Source of the DNA: Octopus bimaculoides
Lineage: Eukaryota
Assembly (NCBI RefSeq): GCF_001194135.2
Contig: NC_068982.1
Span: forward strand, 13,580,880-13,644,448
DNA length: 63,569 nucleotides
Direction: 5' to 3'
The position numbers were made by a program, and so were the translations under genes. A model generated the notes under the pieces. The model was given only the letters and a program-made list of their open reading frames with translations. It was not told the origin of the DNA and did no database searches. Shown in pieces: positions 12,341 to 23,848 of the stretch. The first letter of the stretch is position 1. Each line of letters opens with the position of its first letter.

Positions 12341-12519
12341 TGGTATTTTAACGTGAATAAAGAACCCTTTTTTGTCAAAAATTAGGTTAAAAAAATATGG
12401 GAGTTTCTTATACATGAATAATATTATAATCCCTTACAAAGCCTTTTTTCCAAATTTTAAGCCCCCAAAATTAGGGGATTCATTATACACGAGGATTTTT
12501 TATACACGTTATAATATGG
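12341..12519. mobile_element. TcMar-type MITE inserted at a TA
   Basis: Imperfect TIRs TGGTATTTTAACGTGAATAA / TTATACACGTTATAATATGG, TA on both sides; host family H sequence resumes (ATTCCT) after it. Confidence 0.6.
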
Positions 12520-13265
12520 TAATTCCTATTATAGGCATTGAATTTAAGTATGATGCTTGAATATGTTATATAGCACTAGAATAGCTTATCTGTTTTGGGT
12601 TAAGTGACTATGAAAATTATCTGTGATCCTTGTGCGAAATGTGGTCAGCCAGTACAGTTAGTTTACACCAGTAAAATGTTTATATAGACTAAATTTGGCA
12701 AGAGGTGATGGCAGCATCTCTTTGGTGTAATTTGTAAGTTGATAGATACAAGATTAAAGCCTCATGGGAGAGACTTCACTCATTTTCAGGGCCACTTTAT
12801 TGTCTGCAAATATATTATGTAATTTATATTTATGAACTCAAGTATCAAAGTTTAACTAGTAATTATATATATATATATATAAGCGAGGGTGGTTTAGTAT
12901 ATACATATAGGTGAATGTACGGATTGGTGCGCTTACGCGAACACTATAGACTTTTCTACTTCCTTACCCTTACCCCCTCCCCTTACTTAGCGGTCTATAG
13001 CTCTTTTGTCTTAATAACGGTCAACCACACAGTAATTTCCCTTTGTTTAACGGTCATTTTGCACAGGAATTTTCAATGGCCGGATAACTGGAGAGATGTT
13101 GGTGTGGGTTCCCACCCCAGCATCCGAAACCCGGAGTTTTATCATGGCTACTGAATAAGTGTCACATATTTTTACAGATAAATTCCTCTTATTTACATAA
13201 TATCGAGGTCTCTTTCTTTCATTTGTTGTCCTTTCTATCAATACATATATATATATATATATATA

Positions 13266-13689
13266 NNNNNNNNNNNNNNNNNNNNNNNNNNNNNNNNNNN
13301 NNNNNNNNNNNNNNNNNNNNNNNNNNNNNNNNNNNNNNNNNNNNNNNNNNNNNNNNNNNNNNNNNNNNNNNNNNNNNNNNNNNNNNNNNNNNNNNNNNNN
13401 NNNNNNNNNNNNNNNNNNNNNNNNNNNNNNNNNNNNNNNNNNNNNNNNNNNNNNNNNNNNNNNNNNNNNNNNNNNNNNNNNNNNNNNNNNNNNNNNNNNN
13501 NNNNNNNNNNNNNNNNNNNNNNNNNNNNNNNNNNNNNNNNNNNNNNNNNNNNNNNNNNNNNNNNNNNNNNNNNNNNNNNNNNNNNNNNNNNNNNNNNNNN
13601 NNNNNNNNNNNNNNNNNNNNNNNNNNNNNNNNNNNNNNNNNNNNNNNNNNNNNNNNNNNNNNNNNNNNNNNNNNNNNNNNNNNNNNNNT
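13266..13689. other. Assembly gap (N-run)
   Basis: One of many; other large gaps lie near 17253-17593, 21763-21984, 25765-26195, 28927-29233, 48202-48644 and 62160-62313, mostly bordered by (TA)n/(CA)n. Confidence 0.99.
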
Positions 13690-14533
13690 AAGTGTATGTG
13701 TGTGTGTGTGTGTATCTGTATTAATACATCTAGGATACCGTTCTTCATTGCTGTTGCTGGTGTTGTACAACCACAATCTGCCTCTAATCAAGCAGACATA
13801 TAATAAAAAGCATTCCAGCAATGACTATTTCTTTCTTTTTTTTTTATTCAGGCATAGTATTTCCTTGGAGTACATTATCTAATGCATCTTCATTTACGTG
13901 ATGGCAGGGTACCTTTAAGGGAGATTTAGCAATTATTTCTAGCAAGACAGGTGACCACATAAAGATGCCCAATTTGGCTTTGTACGTTCTTATGATGTGT
14001 TCATATTGGGTTGTTAAATGAAAAAAAAAAAAATAGTGATAGGAATACCTCTATAACAAAAAATCTTACACCCTTGTTAGTTATTTGATGAAAGCAGTTA
14101 GATGAAAGTGAAATGACACAAATTTAAATGTATGGATGACCTGAAGCAATAACTTTGACATTAATTATCTCTATTCTTCTTTCATAAGAAGGGACGGCTG
14201 TGCTGTCTTTCTAAAAGATAATGTACAACAAACTACATTTACTAGCTCAACAGAAAAGATCAACTCAAAAGCAAGATAAACAATTTTTGGAAGTCTGATA
14301 AGATGAGTTAATGATGTGAAATACTTGAATGGTATTTAATTCTACTTGCTTTCAGCCATCTATATTGTTCATATTGGAAGCAACTATGTGAACAGATAAA
14401 GCTTTGTTTCCCATATATATATATATATATANNNNNNNNNNNNNNNNNNNNNNNNNNNNNNNNNNNNNNNNNNNNNNNNNNATCTTATATATATGTATAT
14501 ATGTGTATATATGCATATATAGCATATATATAT

Positions 14534-14564
<31 letters not shown>

Positions 14565-14623
14565 CATATATATAAATATATGTACACACACACACATGTA
14601 TATGTATTATACATATGTACATA

Positions 14624-14690
<67 letters not shown>

Positions 14691-14714
14691 GTACTTATAC
14701 ATATGTATATGTCT

Positions 14715-14779
<65 letters not shown>

Positions 14780-15309
14780 CACACACACACACACATGTAA
14801 TGTATATGTATTTATTCTATGATTTGTAGACAGTTGCACTTCTCAACTTGATTAACCGAAATATAATCACATTATATTTTATTCCATTTATACTCCTAAC
14901 ATTTATTTTTTTTAAAACACTCCCACAAAGAAAACTAGGAAATAAATATTTGAATGGTACTTTGAAACGAATAGGAAAGAACATGGCTTGAAGCAAATGT
15001 AATGGCTGCTGGAAGCAGATGTTACAGATGTCTCTATTACTTCTGCATTTCATAATAACGACAGTTTCCTTTATTGAGAAAATAATAATTATTTCCAACA
15101 TAGGCACAAGGCCACAAATTTGGGGTGATGGGGTATTTAATCGCAATTGATCCCAGTATTTGGTTGGTAATGATTTTTGTCGACCCTGAAAAGATGAAAA
15201 GTGGGATCAGAGTCTAAAAGATTGCAACTAAATACCACAAGGCTTTTGTTTAATATTTTATTGATTCTACCGTTTCACGAAACTTGTAATATCACTAATA
15301 AGTATAAAG

Positions 15310-15485
15310 CTGTGAGCTGGCAGAATCGTTAGTAGACTATTTAGTAGCACTTTGTCCACATTTATGTTCTGAGTTCAAATTCGACTGTGGTTGGCTTTAA
15401 GTACCAGTTAAGCATTGGCGTTGAAGTAATCGAGAGACTCCTTTCCCCAAAATTGTTGACCTTGTGCCAAAATTTTGAAATCATC
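15310..15485 (+). mobile_element. SINE family B monomer
   Basis: GAGCTGGCAGAATCGTTAG...GTTCTGAGTTCAAATTC...AAGTACCAGTT...CCTTGTGCCAAAATT. Confidence 0.8.
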
Positions 15486-15955
15486 TGAATGTGACCGATG
15501 CCATGGCCACCTGACTGGCTCCCATGCCGGTGGCATGTAAAAAGTACCACCTGAACGTGACTGATGCCAGTGCTCCCTGACTGGTTCCTGTGCTGGTGGT
15601 ATGTAAAAACCACCATCCAAACATGATCGATGCTGGGCCCACCTGACTGGCTCCTATGCCGGTGGCATGTAAGAAGGACCATCTGAACGTGGCCGATGTC
15701 AGTGCTCACTGATTGGCTCCCATGCCAGTGTCATATAAAAAGAACCATCCAAACGTGATTGATGCCAGACTCACCTGACTGGCTCCTGTACCGGTGGCAC
15801 ATAAAAGGCACCCACTACACTCTTGGAGTAGTTGGCATTAAGAAGAGCATCCAGATTGGAGCCTGGTGCAGCCTTCTGGCTTTCCAGACCTCAATCAAAC
15901 CGTCCAGCCCATGCCAGCATGGAAAGCAGACGTTTAGCGATGATGATGATGTTGA
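15486..15955 (+). mobile_element. SINE family C with five 66-bp internal tandem units
   Basis: Units start at 15486, 15552, 15618, 15684 and 15750, followed by the family C core and (GAT)n tail. Confidence 0.9.
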
Positions 15956-15984
15956 TGAATATTACTAACATGTATAAGTAGTGA

Positions 15985-16190
15985 GCTGCTGGAATTGCTA
16001 GACTGCCAGGCAAAATGTTTAGTAGAATTTCATCCATTTTTATGTTCTGAGTTTGAATTTTGTCAAGGCTGACTTTGCTTTTCATCCTGTCAGGGTTAAT
16101 AAAATAAGTACCAGTTAAGTACTGGGGTTGATATAATCAACTTACTTCTTTCCTTGAAATTACTAGCCTTGTGCCAAAATTTAAAGCCAA
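15985..16190 (+). mobile_element. SINE family B monomer
   Basis: GAGCTGCTGGAAT...GTTCTGAGTTTGAATT...GACTTTGCTTTTCATCCT...AAGTACCAGTT. Confidence 0.8.
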
Positions 16191-16241
16191 TTTTACTATT
16201 AAATATAATAAATATTTTATAATCACAATGTATTTAAAATA

Positions 16242-16649
16242 CTGGGTGTTCAAAACGTCTCTCTGCAGTAAGTATTTTATTGCAAAAATAAATATTTACA
16301 AGATGGTATAAGACTACAAAAGAATATATTAGACTTTACAAGACTTTAGAAAAACTTTATAAGAGGTGTTGAAAGTGTCATCCTTCACTTTCAATACATA
16401 ATAACTCTTCTACACATGTTTTGAAATACATCGTGGAGAGTCTGAAGCTGTATGGACTATATGAGGGTTATGACTGCATCTTTTAACTCATTAATGGTTT
16501 TCAGGCGATTCTTGTACACTGATCCTTTACATGCTCCTCAGACAAAAAATTCTGATGGTGTTAAGCCAGGTGATCCTGGAGGCCAATGTCCCTTCGAAAT
16601 AACCTGTTCTCCAAAAAATTCACTGCGAAGAGACTTTTTGAACACTCTG
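16242..16649 (-). mobile_element. Internally deleted Tc1/mariner element retaining only the transposase C-terminus
   Basis: 21-bp TIRs CTGGGTGTTCAAAACGTCTCT / AGAGACTTTTTGAACACTCTG (18/21), TA left and TG right; minus translation GHWPPGSPGLTPSEFFV*GACKGSVYKNRLKTINELKDAV...FQHLL* (cf. WPPRSPDLTPCDFFLWG). Confidence 0.85.
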
Positions 16650-17001
16650 TGTATCAAAATCTTTGTTTATCTCACAAACATAAAAAACAAAAATTATCAT
16701 TCCCAGCTCTTACAAGTGGGGAGAATTTCAGATCCATAAAAGCATCTCTTAATATTAACTCCACACCCAACTCACACGGATCTGAGCTGCATACCCGTAG
16801 TGCATCAAAAAGTTTAAATTAGGTGTAGATAAATATCCCCTAATGAGCTCCCTGATGTTCAGAAGAAAAGTGATTGTGTCTAGTTCCATAGCAACATTAA
16901 GTGACTGTAAGGCAAATATTCTCCAAGAAACATTGTCAGTGCATTAAAGCTTACCACGACCACCACCACCACCAACACACACACACACAAACACACACAC
17001 A

Positions 17002-17041
<40 letters not shown>

Positions 17042-17872
17042 AACAATTATATATACATACGTACATATATCTGTATATATATATATATATATATGTGTAT
17101 ATATATACACATATATATATTCACATACACACACATATATATACATAGATATACATATATATATATAGACATATATACATAGATATATACACACATATAT
17201 ATATATATAAACATATATACATAGATATATACACACATATATATATATATAANNNNNNNNNNNNNNNNNNNNNNNNNNNNNNNNNNNNNNNNNNNNNNNN
17301 NNNNNNNNNNNNNNNNNNNNNNNNNNNNNNNNNNNNNNNNNNNNNNNNNNNNNNNNNNNNNNNNNNNNNNNNNNNNNNNNNNNNNNNNNNNNNNNNNNNN
17401 NNNNNNNNNNNNNNNNNNNNNNNNNNNNNNNNNNNNNNNNNNNNNNNNNNNNNNNNNNNNNNNNNNNNNNNNNNNNNNNNNNNNNNNNNNNNNNNNNNNN
17501 NNNNNNNNNNNNNNNNNNNNNNNNNNNNNNNNNNNNNNNNNNNNNNNNNNNNNNNNNNNNNNNNNNNNNNNNNNNNNNNNNNNNNNNNNNNNNGTAGAAT
17601 TTAATGTCCTTCTCAGAGACACAACAAAATATTTTCTCCTTTTGTTATACTAATACTTTTATGTAATTCAGTCCTTTTAGTTATGTGTTGCTGCCATAAT
17701 ACACACACATACACAGAGGAACATACACAGGCACAAACATATAACATGCTCATATACATACACGCATGTACTTAACATACACATATATAGTCATATATGT
17801 TGTAACAAACTGAAGAAAACAGATCCTTCAAAAGGGTGTGTTAAACAGCCAATCCACTAGTATGTCAGTTTA

Positions 17873-19271
17873 ATACCATATGAATATGGGTATAATGCAA
17901 TTACAAAGATAAATTAAATAGAGAGATACTATTGACAGTACAATAATTTATTTATATTATAATATTACATGATATATTATGAATATAATATAACATAATA
18001 TTATACAACATAAACAATTATTTAAAAAGAACATAAAAGGCCAACAAATTGTTTCAACTTATATACATTTTTTGATATACATACACAATAACAGTTCCCT
18101 TATATATAAATCACTTCAGGATCATGGTTTAAAGATAGACGAAATTCCGTGTGAAAGGACGGCCTCCTTTAACAATATTCCTTTCATGGTGATAAGTGAT
18201 CCAACGAATTCTATGTATGAATGTGAAAGTCTTAGTAATAAGGTCTTTCATAAAGTCCTTCCTGGGCGGGACCGGAATGTCTTTCAATGATATGTCAACA
18301 GGTAATTTCTCCATTATATCAGTGAAAAGCCATTTAATAATTCTCCAGTATGGTATCAGTTGGATACCATATAAATATGGGTATAATGCAATTACAAAGA
18401 TAAATTAAATTGAGAGATACTATTGACAACCTCTAAACCATGATCCTGAAGTGACTTATATATTAGGGAACAGTTATTGCGTGTGTATATCAGAATATGT
18501 ATCTAAGTTGAAACAATTTGTTGACCTTTTACGTTTTTTTTTTAATAATCGTTTATGTTATATAATATTATGTTATATTATATTCATAGTATCATCATCA
18601 TCATTTAACGTTCGCTTTCCATTCTAGCATGGGTTGGACGATTTGACTGAGGACTGGCAAGCCAGAAGGCTGCACCAAGCTCCAATATGGCAAGGTTTCT
18701 ACAGCTGGATGCCCTTCCTAATGCTAACCACTCTGAGAGTATAGTGGGTGCTTTTACGTGCCACTGGCACAAAAGCCAGTCAGGTGGTACAGGCAATGGC
18801 CACACTCAAAATGGTGCATTTTACGTGCTACCTGCACAGTCCAACGGCACTGGCAACGATCTCGCTCAAACGACTTTTCACGTCCCACTGGCACAAGTGC
18901 CAGTAAGGTGACGCTGGTAACGATCATGCTCAAATGGTGCTCTTAGCGCTCCACTGGTACAGGTGCCATCACGATTTCGCTTTCGCTTGCCCCGAGCTTA
19001 GTGTTCAATGAAAGAGACGTTGGCATGGGGGCCAGTCATCGAATTTAGTTCGATTTCGATTTTGATTTCACTTGCCTCAACAGGTCTTCACAAGCAGAGT
19101 TTAGTGTCCAATGAATGAAAGGTACGCATAAGTGGGCTGGCTACATCCCTGGCAGAGGCCTTGGATTTTGGTCTCACTCGGCTTGCCAGGTCTTCTCACG
19201 TACAGCATATTTCCATGTAATATTATAATATAAATAAATTATTGGATTGTCAATAGTATCTCTCTATTTAA
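17873..19271 (-). mobile_element. Penelope-like element remnant (ORF N-terminus with direct and inverted duplications)
   Basis: 18129-18314 minus encodes ISLKDIPVPPRKDFMKDLITKTFTFIHRIRW, resembling the SLKNIP...FIKRxRW start of PLE ORFs (recalled); 65-bp direct repeat 17873-17937/18364-18428; inverted arms 17914-18134 and 18431-19271. Confidence 0.6.
18596..19213 (-). mobile_element. SINE family C, long copy with extended 5' region
   Basis: (CAT)n tail at 18592-18604, core, internal units and a 5' extension shared with 34860-35060 (GAGAAGACC.GGCAA motifs). Confidence 0.9.
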
Positions 19272-19297
19272 CTTACTTATATATTTCTGTAAAATCA

Positions 19298-19411
19298 ATG
19301 GCTGTGTGGTAAGTAGTTTGGCACCTTGAGCAAGTATCTTCTACTATAGCCTCGGGCCAACCCAAAGCCTTGTGAGTGGATTTGGTAGACGGAAATTGAA
19401 AGAAGCCGGTC

Positions 19412-19464
<53 letters not shown>

Positions 19465-19672
19465 TGTGCCTGTGTTTGTCCCTCCACCATTGTTTGACAA
19501 CCAATCATGGTATGTTTCTGTCCCCATAACCTAGTGGTTCGGCAAAAGAGAATGATAGAATAAGTACCAGGCTTACAAAGAGTGAGTCCAGGGGTCAATT
19601 TCTTTGACTAAAAGGCAGTGCTCCATCATGGCCACAGTCAAAATGACTGAAACATATAAAAGAGTAAAAGAT
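19298..19672 (+). mobile_element. SINE family A with a deletion in the head
   Basis: Matches 611-1088 apart from the missing B-box segment. Confidence 0.85.
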
Positions 19673-19728
19673 TATGTGAATCGTTGGCAATTTTTTTCTT
19701 CTGTCTTCCTTTTCTATTGGACTTTCCT

Positions 19729-19763
19729 GTTTCTGAAGAAGAGCTTTGCTCGAAACGTAAAAC
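19729..19763 (+). ncRNA. Intact minimal type I hammerhead ribozyme (PLE type)
   Basis: GTTT-CTGAAGA-A-GAGC[TTT]GCTC-GAA-ACGT-A-AAAC: 4-bp stem I, 4-bp stem II, palindromic ACGT stem III, GUA cleavage triplet. Confidence 0.8.
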
Positions 19764-20159
19764 CACCTTTCTTTCCTTCCCTGAGCGTCTATTGATATTA
19801 TACATGTACCATATACTTATGTTGTTGTGTTTTGGTGTTTGTTCTTCATTTTTGGGGCATTCGCTATATATATATATATACACATTGTAAGAAATCAAAA
19901 TGATGAAGGATCAAAGAATTGTCATGTGCTTACTGCTTTTTCTGCTATAAAATGCAATGCACACATAGTTAGATGCTTGTGTATCACTTCATGTTTGAAA
20001 CTCTGATAAAGTTATAAGGTGAGTGCCTTGTATCTTATGGCAGAAACAGCTGTAAGCTAATGCAATTCATGGATGCCTCCACTGCCATCATGACCACTAC
20101 CACCACCACCATCACTGCTATAGGAGGACATAGGAACACACTTTTATAGCACGTTCCCA

Positions 20160-20218
<59 letters not shown>

Positions 20219-20220
20219 TT
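20160..20220. repeat. (ACT)n microsatellite
   Basis: Directly visible. Confidence 0.95.
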
Positions 20221-20384
20221 ATAACCACTAACATCTATACTAAAAACAAGAAAAGTATTGATATCTAGATGTGTGGCTTAAGAAGAAAACTCTTTCGTTA
20301 ACAATACGAAGAAAATATTATAATAAATATCTTTGAGGAGTCAACCTGTGATTAGAACTGGTCGACAGAAATTGAAGAAGCTTG

Positions 20385-20705
20385 TTGTGTGTGTGTGTAT
20401 ATGTGTGTGTTTTGTGTGTGTGTATGCATTTTACATGTTTTTGTGTGTGTTTAGTGTCTGTATGAGCTTTGTGTGTGTGAGTTTTTTTTTTGTGTGTGTA
20501 CGTGAGTTTTGTGTTTGTGTTTTGTGTGTGTGTGTGTGCTTTGTATGTGTGTAGTTGTGTGTGTGTTTTGTGTTTTTGTTTCCTGTTTCATGTGTGTGTG
20601 TGTGTGTGTTTCATGTGTTTCGTGTGTTTCATGTGTTTCGTGTGTGTGTGTGTTTTGTGTGTGTATGTGTATGTTTCGTGTGTGCGTGTGTGTGTGTGTG
20701 AATGT
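20385..20705. repeat. Degenerate (TG)n/T-rich microsatellite
   Basis: Directly visible. Confidence 0.9.
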
Positions 20706-21225
20706 GAGTGACGATATAATTCCCCTCATCTCCACATGTGTTTGCTCACTATAAACAGCTGTCTCACTGCCAATACAGGTAGAATCCTTTACTGGCAGTC
20801 AACTATGAAAACATGTGCAGGCTTCACATGTTGTATGATCTTTGAAAAGCAAAAGACTCTTTGTAAACAGTTTTCCATTCACTGCTTTAGCTACGTTTGT
20901 CCAGGTTATTCATTGTTTCAAGCAAGGATTATCTATTTGCTTGGGAACAGGTGAGGATTTGTGACAGGAAGGCCCTCTGTCCCAATGAATTCCATCTGAT
21001 CCATGCAAGTGGGGAAATGTGGGTATTAAAATACTGATTCCACCACTGCCACCACCACCACTACCACCACCATCACCAGCACTACCATTGCTGTCATCAC
21101 CACCATTGATGACACTGGCTGCTAAATCCACTTCTTCTGAAGTACATATGATGAAAATTAATGGTCAACTTCATTTAGATAGAAACCCTTTTTTTTTTAA
21201 TCTCGTTTTGTTATTTTAAATTAAT

Positions 21226-21665
21226 ATTCTTTTCTACTCTAGGCACAAGGCCCGAAATTTTTTTTTTGGGGGGCGGGGTCAGTTTATTAGATCAACTACA
21301 GCACACAACTGGTACTTAATTTATTGACCCCGAAAAGATGAAAGGCAAAGTCGACCTCGGTGGAATTTGAACTCAGAACGTAAAGACAGACAAAATACCA
21401 CTAAGCATTTCCTTCAGTGTGCTAATGTTTATTATTTCTTTACTGCCCACAAGGGGCTAAACACAGAGGGGACAAACAAGGACAGACAAACGGATTAAGT
21501 CGATTATATCGACTCCAGCGTGTAACTGGTACTTATTTAATCGACCCTGAAATGATGAAAGGAAAAGTCGACCTCAGTGGAATTTGAACTCAGAATATAA
21601 AGACAGATGAAATAACGCTAAGCATTACCTTCAGCATGTTAACGTTTCTGCCAGCTCACCACCTT
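21226..21665 (-). mobile_element. SINE family B dimer
   Basis: Two GAAAGGCAAAGTCGACCTC.GTGGAATTTGAACTCAGAA units with the two alternative tails. Confidence 0.9.
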
Positions 21666-22014
21666 TTTTAGATTAATATTTAATCATACTAGCATGGGCA
21701 TGATGTTTTGGGGGATTTGTTTCTTAATTATTTTCTTATCAGTGAAAGTAATTGCTTTTCTTNNNNNNNNNNNNNNNNNNNNNNNNNNNNNNNNNNNNNN
21801 NNNNNNNNNNNNNNNNNNNNNNNNNNNNNNNNNNNNNNNNNNNNNNNNNNNNNNNNNNNNNNNNNNNNNNNNNNNNNNNNNNNNNNNNNNNNNNNNNNNN
21901 NNNNNNNNNNNNNNNNNNNNNNNNNNNNNNNNNNNNNNNNNNNNNNNNNNNNNNNNNNNNNNNNNNNNNNNNNNNNNNNNNNNNNTATATATATATATAT
22001 ATATATATATATAC

Positions 22015-22230
22015 TCTTTTCTTCTCTAGGCACAAGGCTTGAAATTTTGGGGGAGGGTGCCAGTCGATTATATTGACCCCAGTACACAACTGGTACTTAA
22101 TTTATCAACTCCGAAAGGATGAAAGGCAAAGTCGACCTCAGTGGAATTTGAACTCAGAATATAAAGACAGATGAAATAACGCTAAGCATTACCTTCAGCA
22201 TGTTAACGTTTCTGCCAGCTCACCACCTTT
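22015..22230 (-). mobile_element. SINE family B unit (partly a duplicate of 21540-21762 across a gap)
   Basis: Near-identical to the sequence on the left of the N-run. Confidence 0.8.
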
Positions 22231-22489
22231 TTTAGATTAATATTTAATCATACTAGCATGGGCATGATGTTTTGGGGGATTTGTTTCTTAATTATTTTCT
22301 TATCAGTGAAAGTAATTGCTTTTCTTACTGGTCTCTTGTCCTTCCAATGGAAACAATTCAATTGTAATACAGAAGCAGAACCTAATTTTGTCAGTGAGGT
22401 AAACTGTATTAAAGAAATTATTTATCTTGCTCAGAGGTACACTATTTCTTCTTCAATATCTACAACAGTTTCTATAAACAGTTCATCAT

Positions 22490-22640
22490 CCTCATCATCA
22501 TCATCGTTTAATGTCCGCTTTCCGCTTTCCATGGACGATTTGACTGAGAACTGGTGAATCAGATGGCTGCACCAGGCTCCAATCTGATTTGGCAGAGTTT
22601 CTACAGCTGGATGCCCTTCCTAATGCCAACCACTCCGATA
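22490..22640 (-). mobile_element. SINE family C, 3' part
   Basis: (CAT)n tail and core. Confidence 0.85.
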
Positions 22641-22841
22641 TATATATGTGTATATATATNNNNNNNNNNNNNNNNNNNNNNNNNNNNNNNNNNNNNNNNN
22701 NNNNNNNNNNNNNNNNNNNNNNNNNNNNNNNNNNNNNNNNNNNNNNNNNNNNNNNNNNNTATATATATGTATATATATGTATATATATGTATATATATGT
22801 ATATATATGTATATATATACATATATACATATATATATATC

Positions 22842-23240
22842 ATCATCATCATCATTGTTTAACGTCCGCCTTCCATGCTAGCATGGGCTGGACGATTTGA
22901 CTGAGGACTGGTGAACCAGATGGCTAAATCAGGCTCCAAGCTGATTTGGCAGAGTTTCTACAGCTGGATGCCCTTCCTAACGCCAACCACTCCGAGAGTG
23001 TAGTGGGTGCTTTTATGCGCCACCGGCACGAAGGCCAGTCAGACGGTACTGGCAACGGCCACACCCATAATGGTGTATTTTACATGCCACCTGCACAGGA
23101 GCCTGTCCAGCGGCACTGGCAACGACCTCGCTTGAATGGCCTTTTCCATGCCACCGGCACAAGTGCCAGTAAGGCGATGCTGGTAACGATCATGCTCAAA
23201 TGGTGCTATTTACGTGCCACTGGCATGGAACCTAGACAGC
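22842..23240 (-). mobile_element. SINE family C with internal units
   Basis: (CAT)n tail, CAGCTGGATGCCCTTCCTAACGCCAACCACTCCGAGAGTGTAGTGGGTGC core. Confidence 0.9.
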
Positions 23241-23627
23241 TGCTCTGGCAAAGATAGCTGCTCTGTTAATAGAATTTAATGCTCTTTTTCCATGGTATGG
23301 TCAGTAGCTCTGACTAATTCTGATACTATTTTCTGCAAGATCCTTATTAGCATAGAAAATGTATATCTTTTGCAAAACTCCTCACACATGACAAGGCTCT
23401 GTAGTATTAATTTTTGTGGCTCAAAAGAGTAGTCAGTGGCACATTTGATATTTGTTCTCTTCAAAATATGTTTAGCAATAATTAATCTTTTGTTTATTCA
23501 TTTAACGATGATTTTGCTAATTATGGTAGTGGGGAGAGTTGTTTGGGGCAGAATATATTGGTGGATACTTTCCTAGATATCTACCTTTATTCTTCAAATA
23601 CATGATTTTTTTCCCTATTTTACTGAT

Positions 23628-23848
23628 AATACAGTTCTATATTTAAGAAATGAGGAATTATGTACATTATTTACATTTGACGGATATTTGTTTGTTGTTA
23701 ACACCCTCCAGCCTTCATTAGGTGTCTTGGGGAAATTTCAAACCTGGGTTCTCATTCCTAAGGTATTTTTCTATCATTATTCAGGTCACTGCCTGGAATT
23801 GAACTCGGAATCTTGGGGTTAGAAGCCTGTGCTCTTAACCACTACGCC
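23628..23848 (-). mobile_element. tRNA-headed hammerhead retroposon (family H), monomer with TSD; hammerhead deleted
   Basis: Minus strand reads GGCGTAGTGGTTAAGAGCACAGGCTTCTAACCCCAAGATTCCGAGTTCAATTCCAGG...TAGAACTGTATT; 11-bp direct repeat ATTTTACTGAT at 23617-23627 and 23849-23859. Confidence 0.85.

Larger units (their letters stand above)
12083..12527 (+). mobile_element. tRNA-headed hammerhead retroposon (family H), deleted inverted arm plus forward arm; 3' end interrupted by a MITE
   Basis: 12083-12140 is the reverse complement of head plus body with internal deletions; 12141-12338 and 12522-12527 match 56730-56910. Confidence 0.85.

Noticed and set aside
15486-15815. 66-bp array as a CRISPR or coding repeat
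   Set aside because: Units are contiguous with no unique spacers, lie inside a SINE, and the context is eukaryotic.
23276-23464. Minus ORF with faint resemblance to UBE4A/Ufd2 (YSFEPQKLI...EEFC...RILQKI)
   Set aside because: The alignment needs two large gaps and there are no convincing splice signals; probably chance. A tblastn with UBE4A would settle it.
23628-23640. Family H as a TA-flanked Tc1/mariner foldback (TACAG...CTGTA ends)
   Set aside because: The 11- and 13-bp flanking direct repeats and the single-arm copy fit retrotransposition better than a TA duplication.
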